Origin: an uncultured Polaribacter sp.
GTDB lineage: Bacteria; Bacteroidota; Bacteroidia; Flavobacteriales; Flavobacteriaceae
Direction: 5' to 3'
Assembly (NCBI GenBank): GCA_963422315.1
Contig: OY729423.1
Location: forward strand, 568,131-632,130
Length of the DNA: 64,000 nucleotides
The position numbers and the translations under genes are program-made. The notes below the pieces were generated by a model, which saw nothing but the letters and a program-made list of their open reading frames with translations, did not search any database and had not been told where the DNA came from. Below are positions 39,169 through 49,117 of the stretch, one piece after another. Positions within the stretch are counted from its first letter, which is position 1. The number at the start of each line of letters is the position of its first letter.

Positions 39169-39298
39169 CACCTTAATTTGCAACAAAGCAGAATTCTATG
39201 TTTCCAGTTTCACAGATATTTTATAAAAGAAATTTAATGAAAAGCCTTATAAATAGTGAGGTTTGTACTACTGTACCTGCTTATTATAGTATAAATTA

Positions 39299-39571
39299 TA
39301 GCAGTCATCATAAGTATGATAGCAGTCATCATAAGTATGATAGCAGTCATCATAAGTATGATAGCAGTCATCATAAGTATGATAGCAGTCATCTTAAGTA
39401 TGATAGCAGTCGTCTTAAGTATGATAGCAGTCGTCTTAAGTATGATAGCAGTCGTCTTAAGTATGATAGCAGTCATCTTAAGTATGATAGTGGTCGTCTT
39501 AAGTATGATAGCAGTCGTCTTAAGTATGATAGCAGTCGTCTTAAGTATGATAGCAGCTGTCCTAACTATAA
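39299..39571. repeat. Tandem array of 12 full units plus 1 degenerate unit of 21 bp (TAGCAGTCRTCWTAAGTATGA)
   Basis: Units counted by hand. Variants occur in blocks (4x CATCA, CATCT, 3x CGTCT ...). Confidence 0.9.
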
Positions 39572-39613
39572 ATTCACAAAAAAAATTAATACTAACATTT
39601 AAAATTAAAAATT

Positions 39614-40282
39614 ATGGCGAGATTATCGATTAAAGATTTGACAGAGCAAGTAAACGTAGCAATTCCATATTTGGATGAGCATAACGACAGGTTAAAATTT
39701 CCAAAAGAAAAATTAGAGGAATTAAAAGAATTAAGAGTAGAATGGAATGCTATCGTAGAAACGACAAGTAGTCCACTTACGCGAACTCCTGCAAGCGTTG
39801 AAGAAATGCACGACCAGAAAATAGTTTTAGAAAAGGCTTTTAGTAATATGCAGCAAAGTTTAAAGCATTCGGTTGATGTAGTTTTAACAGGAGAAGACCG
39901 CAAGGCTTTATTTATTCCTAAAAGTAAAACAAGGTCGGTAATTCCGGTTCCTAAAATAACTCCGATTATAAATATTATATCTCGCGGAATACGAACTTTA
40001 ACTATTCAATTGTCTAATTCTGAAAGTCCTGATTTGAATCATACGAAACTTCCGAAAGACGTTCATTCTATAAATATTTTTACGGCAATAGTAAAAGACG
40101 GCGACCCAGAGCCAACACTTGAAAACTATCATTTGTTTAAAAATGAAAGCAAAAGTAATATAGAATTGGTTTTTGAAAGGGGCGACGAGAAAAAAATTGT
40201 TTATATCTATGCTGCTTTTTTAAATAGCAAAGGTCAGTCTGGACCACTTTCTGATTCTGTTAATTCGGTTATTTCTAATTAA
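39614..40282 (+). CDS. Hypothetical protein
   Basis: 222-aa ORF with no signal peptide and no recognised family. It starts 12 bp after the repeat-encoded ORF ends. Confidence 0.55.
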   Translation: MARLSIKDLTEQVNVAIPYLDEHNDRLKFPKEKLEELKELRVEWNAIVETTSSPLTRTPASVEEMHDQKIVLEKAFSNMQQSLKHSVDVVLTGEDRKALFIPKSKTRSVIPVPKITPIINIISRGIRTLTIQLSNSESPDLNHTKLPKDVHSINIFTAIVKDGDPEPTLENYHLFKNESKSNIELVFERGDEKKIVYIYAAFLNSKGQSGPLSDSVNSVISN

Positions 40283-40417
40283 AGGGCGGTTAGAAAGCAC
40301 AACGAGTTTTGTTAGCTATGTGATGTCGAGTTATCTTCTTAATAGGTTGTTGTTTTTTTAATAAAAATTATAGTGCCAAAAGCAGAATACTTCATTTTAT
40401 AACTATCTATAAAAACG

Positions 40418-40425
40418 TATATTTG
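40418..40425 (+). promoter_or_regulatory. Candidate -7 box TATATTTG
   Basis: 33 bp upstream of the rseP ATG. Confidence 0.4.
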
Positions 40426-40457
40426 CACACTTTAATTTAATCGTTATTTAAACTCAA

Positions 40458-41807
40458 ATGGAAGTAATAATAAAAATATCACAGTTTGTTTTAAGTCTGT
40501 CTTTACTAATCGTGCTACACGAATTAGGTCATTTTATCCCTGCAAAAATATTTAAGACCAAAGTAGAAAAGTTCTATTTATTCTTTGATTATAAGTTTTC
40601 GCTTTTTAAGAAAAAAATTGGCGACACTGTCTATGGCATCGGCTGGATTCCTTTAGGAGGATACGTAAAGATAGCCGGAATGATAGACGAAAGCATGGAC
40701 AAAGAGCAGATGAAACAGCCTGTAAAACCTTATGAGTTTCGCTCAAAACCACCATGGCAACGCTTAATAATTATGTTAGGCGGCGTTTTTGTAAACTTTG
40801 TATTAGGGATTTTTATCTACATAATGTTAATGTATGTTTATGGCGAAAAATTTTTGCCAAATGAAAGTTTGAAAGATGGAGTTTGGGTACAAGATTCTTT
40901 AGCTATGTATTTAGGCATACAAACGGGAGACAAAATTATAACTGTTGATAACAAAAAAGTTCCAAAATTCTACGAGCTTACCTTAGAATTTGTAAACGGA
41001 AATAAATTTGAAATAGAAAGAAACGGACAAATTATTGAAAAAGAAATTCCTAAAAACTTTATATCAAAATTAGTAGATAGAGGCAAAGACGCTGGTGTAA
41101 TATTGTCTCCACGAATTCCATTTGTTATAGGAGGAATTTCAAAAAACTCGCCGAATATTAATTCTGATTTAAAGCCTAAAGATTTTGTTGTAGGTGTTAA
41201 TAATAATCCTATAAAATATTTCGATGAAGTATTAGATGAGTTAGGTAAATATGCAAATCAAGAAATAACACTAACCGTTAAAAGAAATTCGGAGTACAAA
41301 GAAATTGCCGTTAAAGTAAACGAAAATGGCAAGATTGGAGTTGTCAATTTAATAAATATATCACCTAAGGATTTAGAAAAGTTGGGTTATTATAATTTGG
41401 CAGAAGTAGAATATTCATTTGCAGAAGCAATACCGGCAGGCTGGAACAAATCGTGGAAAACACTTACCGACTACACAAAACAATTAAAAAAAATATTTAA
41501 TCCGAGTACAGGAGCATACAAAGGTTTAGGTGGTTTTATATCAATAGGAAGTATTTTTCCTGATAAATGGAGCGCACAAATTTTTTGGGAGATTACAGCA
41601 TTTTTATCAATAATGTTAGGATTTATGAACCTTTTGCCAATTCCAGCATTAGACGGCGGACACGTAGTATTTACACTTTGGGAAATAATTACTGGAAAAA
41701 AACCGGGCGATAAATTTTTAGAATACGCACAAATAACCGGGTTTTTTATTTTAATTGCTCTTCTATTATTTGCAAATGGTAATGATATTTTTAGAATGTT
41801 AAAATAG
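40458..41807 (+). CDS. rseP: RIP metalloprotease RseP (site-2 protease)
   Basis: 449 aa with HELGH near the N-terminus, a PDZ-like middle and the C-terminal NLLPIPALDGGH. Confidence 0.9.
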   Translation: MEVIIKISQFVLSLSLLIVLHELGHFIPAKIFKTKVEKFYLFFDYKFSLFKKKIGDTVYGIGWIPLGGYVKIAGMIDESMDKEQMKQPVKPYEFRSKPPWQRLIIMLGGVFVNFVLGIFIYIMLMYVYGEKFLPNESLKDGVWVQDSLAMYLGIQTGDKIITVDNKKVPKFYELTLEFVNGNKFEIERNGQIIEKEIPKNFISKLVDRGKDAGVILSPRIPFVIGGISKNSPNINSDLKPKDFVVGVNNNPIKYFDEVLDELGKYANQEITLTVKRNSEYKEIAVKVNENGKIGVVNLINISPKDLEKLGYYNLAEVEYSFAEAIPAGWNKSWKTLTDYTKQLKKIFNPSTGAYKGLGGFISIGSIFPDKWSAQIFWEITAFLSIMLGFMNLLPIPALDGGHVVFTLWEIITGKKPGDKFLEYAQITGFFILIALLLFANGNDIFRMLK

Positions 41808-41882
41808 CATAGACATTAAAGTTTTTTTGCTCAAAGCTAAAAATTTGTTTGGTAATTATAATTTTTTATATTTTTGTTATTA

Positions 41883-42926
41883 ATGAAATTTACAGCACAA
41901 CAAATAGCAGACATTATAGAAGGAAGTATTGTAGGAAACCCAGACGAGGAAATTACTGAACTATCCAAAATAGAAGAAGGTAAGCGAGGGTCATTAACTT
42001 TTTTGTCAAATCCGAAATACATTCATTGCTTGTATAAAACAAAAGCATCGGTTACTATTATTAGTAAAAATTTTGAAATAGAAAAAGAAATTAACACCAC
42101 TTTAATCAAAGTAGATAACGCCCATAAGTCTTTTTCTATTTTGTTAGAATATTATAGCGGTGTTAAAAAAAACAAAGTAGGAATTGAAAAGCCAAGTTTT
42201 TTATCGGACTCTGCTAAAATAGGAAAAAACGCATATATAGGTGCGTTTTCTTATATAGGAGAGAATGTAGTTATAGGCGACAATGTAAAAATATATCCTA
42301 ATACATTTATAGGCGACAACTCTAAAATAGGAAATAATAGTGTAATTTTTTCGGGAGTAAAGATATATTCAGAAACACAAATTGGAAGTTCTTGCAAAAT
42401 ACATTCTGGGGTTATAATAGGTTCCGATGGCTTCGGTTTTGTTACCAGTGACAACGGAAAATACAAAGCTATTCCGCAAATAGGAAACGTAATTATAGAA
42501 GATTATGTAGACATTGGCTCTTCTTCTACTATTGATAGAGCAACTTTGGGTTCTACTATAATAAGAAAGGGAGTAAAATTAGACAATCAAATTCAGATAG
42601 CACATAACGTAGATGTCGGTGAAAACACTGTCGTTGCAGCACAATCTGGTATTGCTGGTTCTACAAAAATAGGCAGAAATTGTATGATAGGAGGACAAGT
42701 TGGTATTATAGGACATCTTACTATCGGGAATAATGTTAAAATACAAGCACAATCAGGAATTACAAAATGTTTAAAAGACGACGAAGTAGTTCAAGGCTCA
42801 CCAGCATTTGCTTATTCAGATTTTAATAAGAGCTATGTCCATTTTAGAAATTTAGGAAAAATAGAAACAAAAATTAGTTGTTTAGAAAAAGAGTTAAATA
42901 CTCAAAAAAACATGCAAAGTGAGTAA
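41883..42926 (+). CDS. lpxD: UDP-3-O-acylglucosamine N-acyltransferase
   Basis: Hexapeptide repeats and an LpxD-type N-terminus. The start is taken at MKFTAQQ (the ORF track starts 9 nt earlier). Confidence 0.85.
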   Translation: MKFTAQQIADIIEGSIVGNPDEEITELSKIEEGKRGSLTFLSNPKYIHCLYKTKASVTIISKNFEIEKEINTTLIKVDNAHKSFSILLEYYSGVKKNKVGIEKPSFLSDSAKIGKNAYIGAFSYIGENVVIGDNVKIYPNTFIGDNSKIGNNSVIFSGVKIYSETQIGSSCKIHSGVIIGSDGFGFVTSDNGKYKAIPQIGNVIIEDYVDIGSSSTIDRATLGSTIIRKGVKLDNQIQIAHNVDVGENTVVAAQSGIAGSTKIGRNCMIGGQVGIIGHLTIGNNVKIQAQSGITKCLKDDEVVQGSPAFAYSDFNKSYVHFRNLGKIETKISCLEKELNTQKNMQSE

Positions 42927-44313
42927 AAAACAAAAAACAATTAAAAAACAAGTAAGTTTAAAAGGAGTCGGTATTCATACAGGTAAAACTGTAGAGATGA
43001 GCCTAAAACCAGCCCCAATAAATCATGGTCTTGCCTTTTGCAGAGTAGATTTAAATGGATCGCCTATAATTGAAGCGAAATCGGAATATGTAGCTAATTC
43101 CTTAAGAGGTACCAATTTAGAAAAAAAAGGAGTACAAATTCAAACTACAGAACATGTTCTGGCTGCTGCTGTAGGGATGGAAATTGATAATTTATTAATT
43201 GAGATAAACTCTTCGGAACTTCCGATAATGGATGGGTCTTCAAAATTCTTTGTAAAAGCCATAGAAGATGCTGGAATTATTGAACAAGAAGCAAAAGTAG
43301 AAGAATATATAGTTAAAAAAATTATTTCATATAAAGATGAAAATACTGGTAGCGAAATAATTTTGATGCCTTCGGATAAATATCAAGTTACTACGATGGT
43401 TGATTTTGGAACTAAAATTTTAGGCACTCAAAACGCATATTTAGAAAAAATATCTGATTTTAAAGACGAAATATCAACCGCTCGGACTTTCAGCTTTCTA
43501 CACGAAATAGAAATGCTTTTAGAGAAAGACCTAATAAAAGGAGGTGATTTAAAAAATGCAATAGTTTATGTAGATAAAGAACTCTCTAAAAGCACAATTC
43601 AAAAATTAAAAAAAGCTTTCAAAAAAGATAATATTTCTATTAAACCGAACGGAATTTTAGACAATTTAACCCTACACTGGGCAAATGAAGCTGCACGTCA
43701 TAAACTGTTAGACGTTATTGGAGATTTAGCCTTAATTGGCAGTGTTAGAATTAGAGGAAAATTAATAGCAAATAAGCCTGGCCATTCTATAAATACACAG
43801 TTTGCCAAAAAATTGTCTAAAGCTATTAAATTGGAGAAGAGAAATAATGTTCCTCAATATAATTTGAACGAAACTCCGTTGATGGATATAAATCAAATTA
43901 TGAAAATACTTCCTCATAGACCGCCTTTCTTACTGATAGACAGAATTATTGAGCTTTCGAACAAGCATGTTGTTGGTATGAAAAACGTAACTATGAACGA
44001 AAGTTTTTTTATAGGACACTTCCCAGGAATGCCACTAATGCCAGGGGTTATACAAGTCGAAGCTATGGCACAATGTGGCGGAATTTTGGTTTTAAGTACC
44101 GTGCCAGATCCAGAGAATTACCTTACATATTTTATGAAAATGGATAAGGTAAAATTTAAACAAAAAGTATTACCTGGAGATACCATGATTTTTAAATGTG
44201 AGCTAATCACCCCTATAAGAAGAGGGATATGCCATATGCAATCATTTGCTTATGCCAACGGAAGAGTAGTTGCAGAAGGAGAGTTAATGGCAAAAATATC
44301 TAAAATTAAATAA
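42919..44313 (+). CDS. lpxC/fabZ: Bifunctional UDP-3-O-acyl-GlcNAc deacetylase / 3-hydroxyacyl-ACP dehydratase
   Basis: 464 aa with an LpxC-like N-terminal half and a FabZ hot-dog C-terminal half (HFPGMPLMPGV). This fusion is typical of Bacteroidota. A GTG start overlaps lpxD. Confidence 0.9.
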   Translation: MSKKQKTIKKQVSLKGVGIHTGKTVEMSLKPAPINHGLAFCRVDLNGSPIIEAKSEYVANSLRGTNLEKKGVQIQTTEHVLAAAVGMEIDNLLIEINSSELPIMDGSSKFFVKAIEDAGIIEQEAKVEEYIVKKIISYKDENTGSEIILMPSDKYQVTTMVDFGTKILGTQNAYLEKISDFKDEISTARTFSFLHEIEMLLEKDLIKGGDLKNAIVYVDKELSKSTIQKLKKAFKKDNISIKPNGILDNLTLHWANEAARHKLLDVIGDLALIGSVRIRGKLIANKPGHSINTQFAKKLSKAIKLEKRNNVPQYNLNETPLMDINQIMKILPHRPPFLLIDRIIELSNKHVVGMKNVTMNESFFIGHFPGMPLMPGVIQVEAMAQCGGILVLSTVPDPENYLTYFMKMDKVKFKQKVLPGDTMIFKCELITPIRRGICHMQSFAYANGRVVAEGELMAKISKIK

Positions 44314-44315
44314 AT

Positions 44316-45104
44316 ATGAATCAGCCGTTATCTTATGTGCATCCGCAGAGCAAAATAGCAAGAAATGTTGTAATAGAACCTTTTACTACAATCCACAATA
44401 ACGTTACTATTGGCTCGGGAACTTGGATAGGCTCTAATGTAACTATAATGGAAGGTGCAAGAATCGGAAAAAATTGTAAAGTTTTTTCAGGTGCAGTAAT
44501 TTCCTCAATACCGCAAGATTTAAAATTTAAAGACGAAGAAACTACAGTAAATATAGGGGATAATGTAACTATACGAGAATGTGTAACTATCAATAGAGGA
44601 ACCTCCGATAGGATGGTAACAAAAATTGGGAACAACTGCTTAATAATGGCTTATTGTCATATTGCTCACGACTCTTTTGTCGGTAAAAATTGTATTTTTT
44701 CGAATAATTCTACCCTAGCAGGGCATGTAACAATCGGTGATAACGTGCTTTTAGCCGGAATGGTAGCTGTTCACCAGTATGCGTCTATAGGTAAGTACGC
44801 TTTTGTTGCTGGAAGTTCTTTAGTTAGAAAAGACGTGCCACCTTATGTTAAAGCAGCAAGAGAACCTTTATCTTATGTCGGAATAAATTCTATCGGCTTG
44901 AGAAGAAAAGGGTTTTCTACCAAAAAAATTAGAGAAATTCAAAATATTTTTAGAATATTATTTCAAAAAACTTATAACAATACTAAAGCAATAAATATTA
45001 TTGAAGCTGAATTAGAAGCAACGCCAGAAAGGGACGAAATAATACAATTTGTTAAAAATTCGCACAGAGGAATTATGAAAGGCTATAATAATAGCTCAAA
45101 TTAA
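44316..45104 (+). CDS. lpxA: Acyl-ACP--UDP-GlcNAc O-acyltransferase
   Basis: 262 aa with hexapeptide repeats, in the expected operon position. Confidence 0.9.
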   Translation: MNQPLSYVHPQSKIARNVVIEPFTTIHNNVTIGSGTWIGSNVTIMEGARIGKNCKVFSGAVISSIPQDLKFKDEETTVNIGDNVTIRECVTINRGTSDRMVTKIGNNCLIMAYCHIAHDSFVGKNCIFSNNSTLAGHVTIGDNVLLAGMVAVHQYASIGKYAFVAGSSLVRKDVPPYVKAAREPLSYVGINSIGLRRKGFSTKKIREIQNIFRILFQKTYNNTKAINIIEAELEATPERDEIIQFVKNSHRGIMKGYNNSSN

Positions 45105-45113
45105 AATATTTAT

Positions 45114-45680
45114 ATGGCAACAACATCAGATATTAGAAACGGCTTATGTATTAAATACAATAATGATATTTACAAAATTATTGAATTTTTGCATGTAAAA
45201 CCTGGAAAAGGACCAGCTTTTGTTAGAACAAAACTAAAAAGCGTTACTAACGGAAAAGTAATTGATAATACTTTCCCCTCTGGTAGAAAAATTAACGATG
45301 TTAGAGTAGAAAGTCATAAATTTCAATATTTGTATAACGAAGGAGACACCTACCACTTTATGAACGAGCAAGATTATTCGCAAATAGCACTTCAAAAAAG
45401 CACTTTAGACACTCCGAAATTGATGAAAGAAGGAGAGATAGTAACTATAATAATAAATTCAGAAGACCAAACACCCTTATCTGTAGAAATGCCTGCAAGT
45501 GTTGTTTTAGAAGTAACCCACACAGAGTTCGGAGTTAAAGGCAATACCGCAACAAACGCAACAAAACCCGCCACCGTAGAAACAGGTGCCTTAGTAAATG
45601 TGCCTTTGTTTATAAACGAAGGAGACAAAATTAAAATAGAAACTACAAAAGGAATCTACCAAGAGCGTATAAAATCTTAA
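45114..45680 (+). CDS. efp: Elongation factor P
   Basis: 188 aa with a conserved EF-P N-terminus (...HVKPGKGPAFVRTKLK...). Confidence 0.9.
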   Translation: MATTSDIRNGLCIKYNNDIYKIIEFLHVKPGKGPAFVRTKLKSVTNGKVIDNTFPSGRKINDVRVESHKFQYLYNEGDTYHFMNEQDYSQIALQKSTLDTPKLMKEGEIVTIIINSEDQTPLSVEMPASVVLEVTHTEFGVKGNTATNATKPATVETGALVNVPLFINEGDKIKIETTKGIYQERIKS

Positions 45681-45760
45681 ACTTTATACTCTTCTAAAAA
45701 ATCAAACTAATCAAAATATTAAATTGTTTTAAAATTAAATAGCTTTAAAAAAAAATAACG

Positions 45761-46633
45761 ATGAGTGTTTTAGTAAATAAGAATTCGAAAGTAATTGTAC
45801 AAGGTTTTACAGGTAATGAAGGAACTTTTCATGCAAGCCAAATGATAGATTATGGAACAAATATAGTAGGGGGCGTAACCCCTGGAAAAGGAGGTAAAGA
45901 ACATCTTAATAGACCTGTTTTTAATACTGTTTTAGAGGCTGTAGAAGAGCTAAAAGCAGACACTTCTATAATATTTGTACCACCTGCCTTTGCAGCTGAC
46001 GCAATTATGGAATCGGCAGATGCAAGAATCAAAGTAATTATTTGTATTACAGAAAGTATTCCAATTGCAGATATGGTGAAGGTTAAAGAGTATATAAAAG
46101 ATAAAAACTGTACACTTATAGGTCCAAATTGCCCTGGTGTAATTACTCCCAACGAAACTAAAGTCGGTATCATGCCTGGTTTTATATTTAAAAAAGGAAC
46201 GGTGGGAATAGTGTCTAAGTCGGGAACTCTTACTTATGAAGCTGCATACCAAGTTGTAAAACAAGGCTTTGGTATTACAACTGCAATTGGCATTGGAGGA
46301 GACCCAATTATCGGAACGACAACTAAAGAAGCCGTAGAGCTATTAATGAACGACAATGAAACTGAAGCAATTGTTATGATTGGTGAAATAGGAGGTAATT
46401 TAGAAGTAGAAGCAGCCGAATGGATTAAAGCTGACGGCAACAGAAAGCCAGTAGTTGGGTTTATTGCTGGGCAAACTGCTCCTGCTGGAAGAACCATGGG
46501 ACACGCAGGTGCTATTATTAGTGGCGCAGATGAAACTGCCCAAGTAAAAATGAAAGCTTTAGCCGAAAACGGAGTGCATATTGTAAGTTCGCCTGCTAAA
46601 ATTGGTGAAATGGTAGCGAAAGTGTTAAAATAA
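45761..46633 (+). CDS. sucD: Succinate--CoA ligase subunit alpha
   Basis: 290 aa with VQGFTG and MGHAGAII motifs. Confidence 0.9.
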   Translation: MSVLVNKNSKVIVQGFTGNEGTFHASQMIDYGTNIVGGVTPGKGGKEHLNRPVFNTVLEAVEELKADTSIIFVPPAFAADAIMESADARIKVIICITESIPIADMVKVKEYIKDKNCTLIGPNCPGVITPNETKVGIMPGFIFKKGTVGIVSKSGTLTYEAAYQVVKQGFGITTAIGIGGDPIIGTTTKEAVELLMNDNETEAIVMIGEIGGNLEVEAAEWIKADGNRKPVVGFIAGQTAPAGRTMGHAGAIISGADETAQVKMKALAENGVHIVSSPAKIGEMVAKVLK

Positions 46634-46783
46634 CATTGTCCTTTACTGTAATTTTATCTGATAATTGCTTTTTTATAAAAATCATTTTTTATTCAGATTT
46701 TTTGCTACTTTATTACAATACTTTTGACTCATCTTTTCAGTCCAAATTGTTGGACTATTTCCATAAATAGCTAAATAAGAAAT

Positions 46784-48055
46784 AAGACCGTTGCAAAGGA
46801 ATCCAGTTAAAAAAAGCAACAAATTTTAGATATAATTATTTGCATATCAATTATTTAATTTGTACTTTTGAGTCATGAAACTGATAAAACACCCCACTTT
46901 AGCAGATGTCGTTTGTGATTTGCGAGCAAGAAAAATTAAGAAGAAATTTTTTGAACAAATAAATATCTTATTAGATTGGCAAAGTATAAGTCAAAAGATA
47001 GACGTTTATTATAAAAAAGGACAAAGTGTAGCAGGTAAGCCAAGTTACGATGGTTTGCTACTTTTCAAAATGTGTTTACTTCAAACTTGGTATGGATTAA
47101 GCGATTATGAGGTAGAAGATCGTGTAAATGATAGTATTTCTTTCAGCTATTTTTGTGGACTACATATAGATCAAGTTGCACCGGACCATAGTACATTGAG
47201 CAGATTTAGAACTGCGATGACCGAGTCAAAGGCTTATGAGCCTTTGTTTAAAGAAATCAATAATCAATTAGAGGCACATAAAATTATTGTCAAGAAAGGA
47301 GCAATAATAGATGCAAGTGTAGTGGATACGCCACTCAAACCGAAGGGAAAAGTTTCACATAAAGTAACTGAAGATAGAAAAGAAGAAGTTGTAAAGGTCA
47401 AAAAGGAATATCCTAAAAGTGTGGATACGGAAGTTGCTTGGTTAAAGAAGCGAGGGAAGTTTCATTATGGTTATAAAAAACATCATGTTACGGACGAAGA
47501 GGGTTGTGTGCTTGGAGTTCTTACTACTCCTGCTAATATCAATGAAATAAGCAATATTGAAGAAGTTTTGGAAACTGCAGATTTACCTAAAAATATTCCT
47601 TTGAAAGCAGGCAAGGGATATCAATCAAAGAAAAATGGAGGAATATTAAAAAAGAGGAAATTAAAAAACCACATTTTAAAAAAAGCAAAGAAAAATCAGC
47701 CTTTAACTGCTTGGGAAAAAGAGTTTAACAAGTTAATAGGCAAAACAAGATATAAGGTAGAACGAACCTTTGGTAGTATAAAAAGGTGGTTTGATATGGA
47801 GGCAAAGCGAGATACAGGGGGCTTGAAAAGATGCATACGCAAAATTTAATGGAAGCGATGAGTTATAATTTATACCGAAGTACAGGGATACTTGGCTCTA
47901 ATGGTTAAAAAACAAAGAAAAAGCATAAAAAACAAAACATTTAATGCTCAAAATAAAGCAAAAGCAGAAAATTTAGTCTGAAAATTAATTTAAAATTTAA
48001 AAAAAATTAGATTATTGAAGAAATAATAAAAGTGAGAGAGTTATGCAACGGTCTT
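46784..48055 (+). mobile_element. IS5-family insertion sequence (1272 bp) with 12-bp perfect TIRs AAGACCGTTGCA/TGCAACGGTCTT and a 5-bp target duplication GAAAT
   Basis: The TIRs lie at 46784-46795 and 48044-48055. GAAAT is present at 46779-46783 and 48056-48060. Confidence 0.8.
46875..47908 (+). pseudogene. IS5-family transposase with a frameshift near the C-terminus
   Basis: The 324-aa ORF ends ...KRWFDMEAKRDTGGLKRCIRKI. Another frame from about 47800 reads KARYRGLEKMHTQNLMEAMSYNLYRSTGILGSNG, the usual family C-terminus. Confidence 0.7.
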
Positions 48056-48218
48056 GAAATGTAATTATTAGCTGAAGATGAATGCCAATGCTCCGTTTCT
48101 TTTTTGCATTTGATAACATATCATTAAGTTCAATTAGTAAATGCAAATTTTTGCGTATCAACGTATGTTTTATTAATTTAAAAAAATTATATTTTAATTT
48201 TATCAACTTTCCAAAAAA

Positions 48219-48926
48219 ATGAATAGAAAAATACTTTTAGAAGATTTGTCGGATATGGGCTATAAAGAGGCTTGGAATTATCAGACAAATTTGCTAAAAG
48301 AAATCATAGACATTAAAATAAATAACAGGAAAAACAATCTAAAAAACCGTACTAAAAATCATTTTTTATTTGTTGAGCATCCTCATGTTTATACTATAGG
48401 AAGGAATGGTAATTTGAATAATTTGCTGTTATCCGAAAAAGAATTACATCAGAGAGGTGTTGGTTTTTATAGGACAAATAGAGGTGGCGATATAACCTAT
48501 CATGGACCAGGTCAAATAGTTGGCTACCCAATTTTAGACTTAGAAAATTTTTTTACAGATATTCATAAATATTTACGTTTGCTTGAAGAAGTAGTTATTT
48601 TAACAATTTCGGAATACGGCTTAAAAGGAAATAGAATTAAAAAAGAAACTGGTGTGTGGTTAGACGTCGGCTCGTCATTTACTCGAAAAATATGTGCAAT
48701 AGGTGTTCGTTCGTCTCGCTGGGTAACTATGCACGGATTTGCTCTAAATATAAACGTAGATTTAAAATATTTTGATAGTATTATACCTTGCGGAATCAAA
48801 GGGAAAGCGGTTACATCATTAGAAGCCGAATTAAACCAAAAAGTTGATGTAAATGAAGTCAAAAAAATACTTTTAAAGTACTTTAAAATACTTTTTGATG
48901 TAGAGGAAATTATTGTAAACAGTTAA
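48219..48926 (+). CDS. lipB: Lipoyl(octanoyl) transferase
   Basis: 235 aa with RGGDITYHGPGQ and CGIKGKAVTSL motifs. Confidence 0.9.
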   Translation: MNRKILLEDLSDMGYKEAWNYQTNLLKEIIDIKINNRKNNLKNRTKNHFLFVEHPHVYTIGRNGNLNNLLLSEKELHQRGVGFYRTNRGGDITYHGPGQIVGYPILDLENFFTDIHKYLRLLEEVVILTISEYGLKGNRIKKETGVWLDVGSSFTRKICAIGVRSSRWVTMHGFALNINVDLKYFDSIIPCGIKGKAVTSLEAELNQKVDVNEVKKILLKYFKILFDVEEIIVNS

Positions 48927-49117
48927 TCTTTTTTTTGGCTAATTGGCTTTGGACTCTTTGATTTAGCACCTCAATCAGGTGCTTTAAAATTATTAAAAAT
49001 AATAAAAAGTTGTTTTTTTAATAAATTGCTTTACTTTATTTTATACCTTTGCCCCTCTTAAATAATTTCTTTATTTATAATGTTAAAATTGATTTTTTAA
49101 ATTCAAAACAAAAGAAT

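Noticed and set aside
39234-39633. ORFs 39234-39476 (-) and 39316-39633 (+) reading through the 21-bp array
   Set aside because: A period divisible by three keeps several frames open by chance. They are hydrophobic and low-complexity, with no start context. Only the frame starting at 39198 behind the promoter copy was kept as a hypothesis.
45850-46497. Three minus-strand ORFs (107, 104 and 87 aa)
   Set aside because: They are antisense to sucD. They are typical shadow ORFs in a relatively GC-rich, highly conserved gene.
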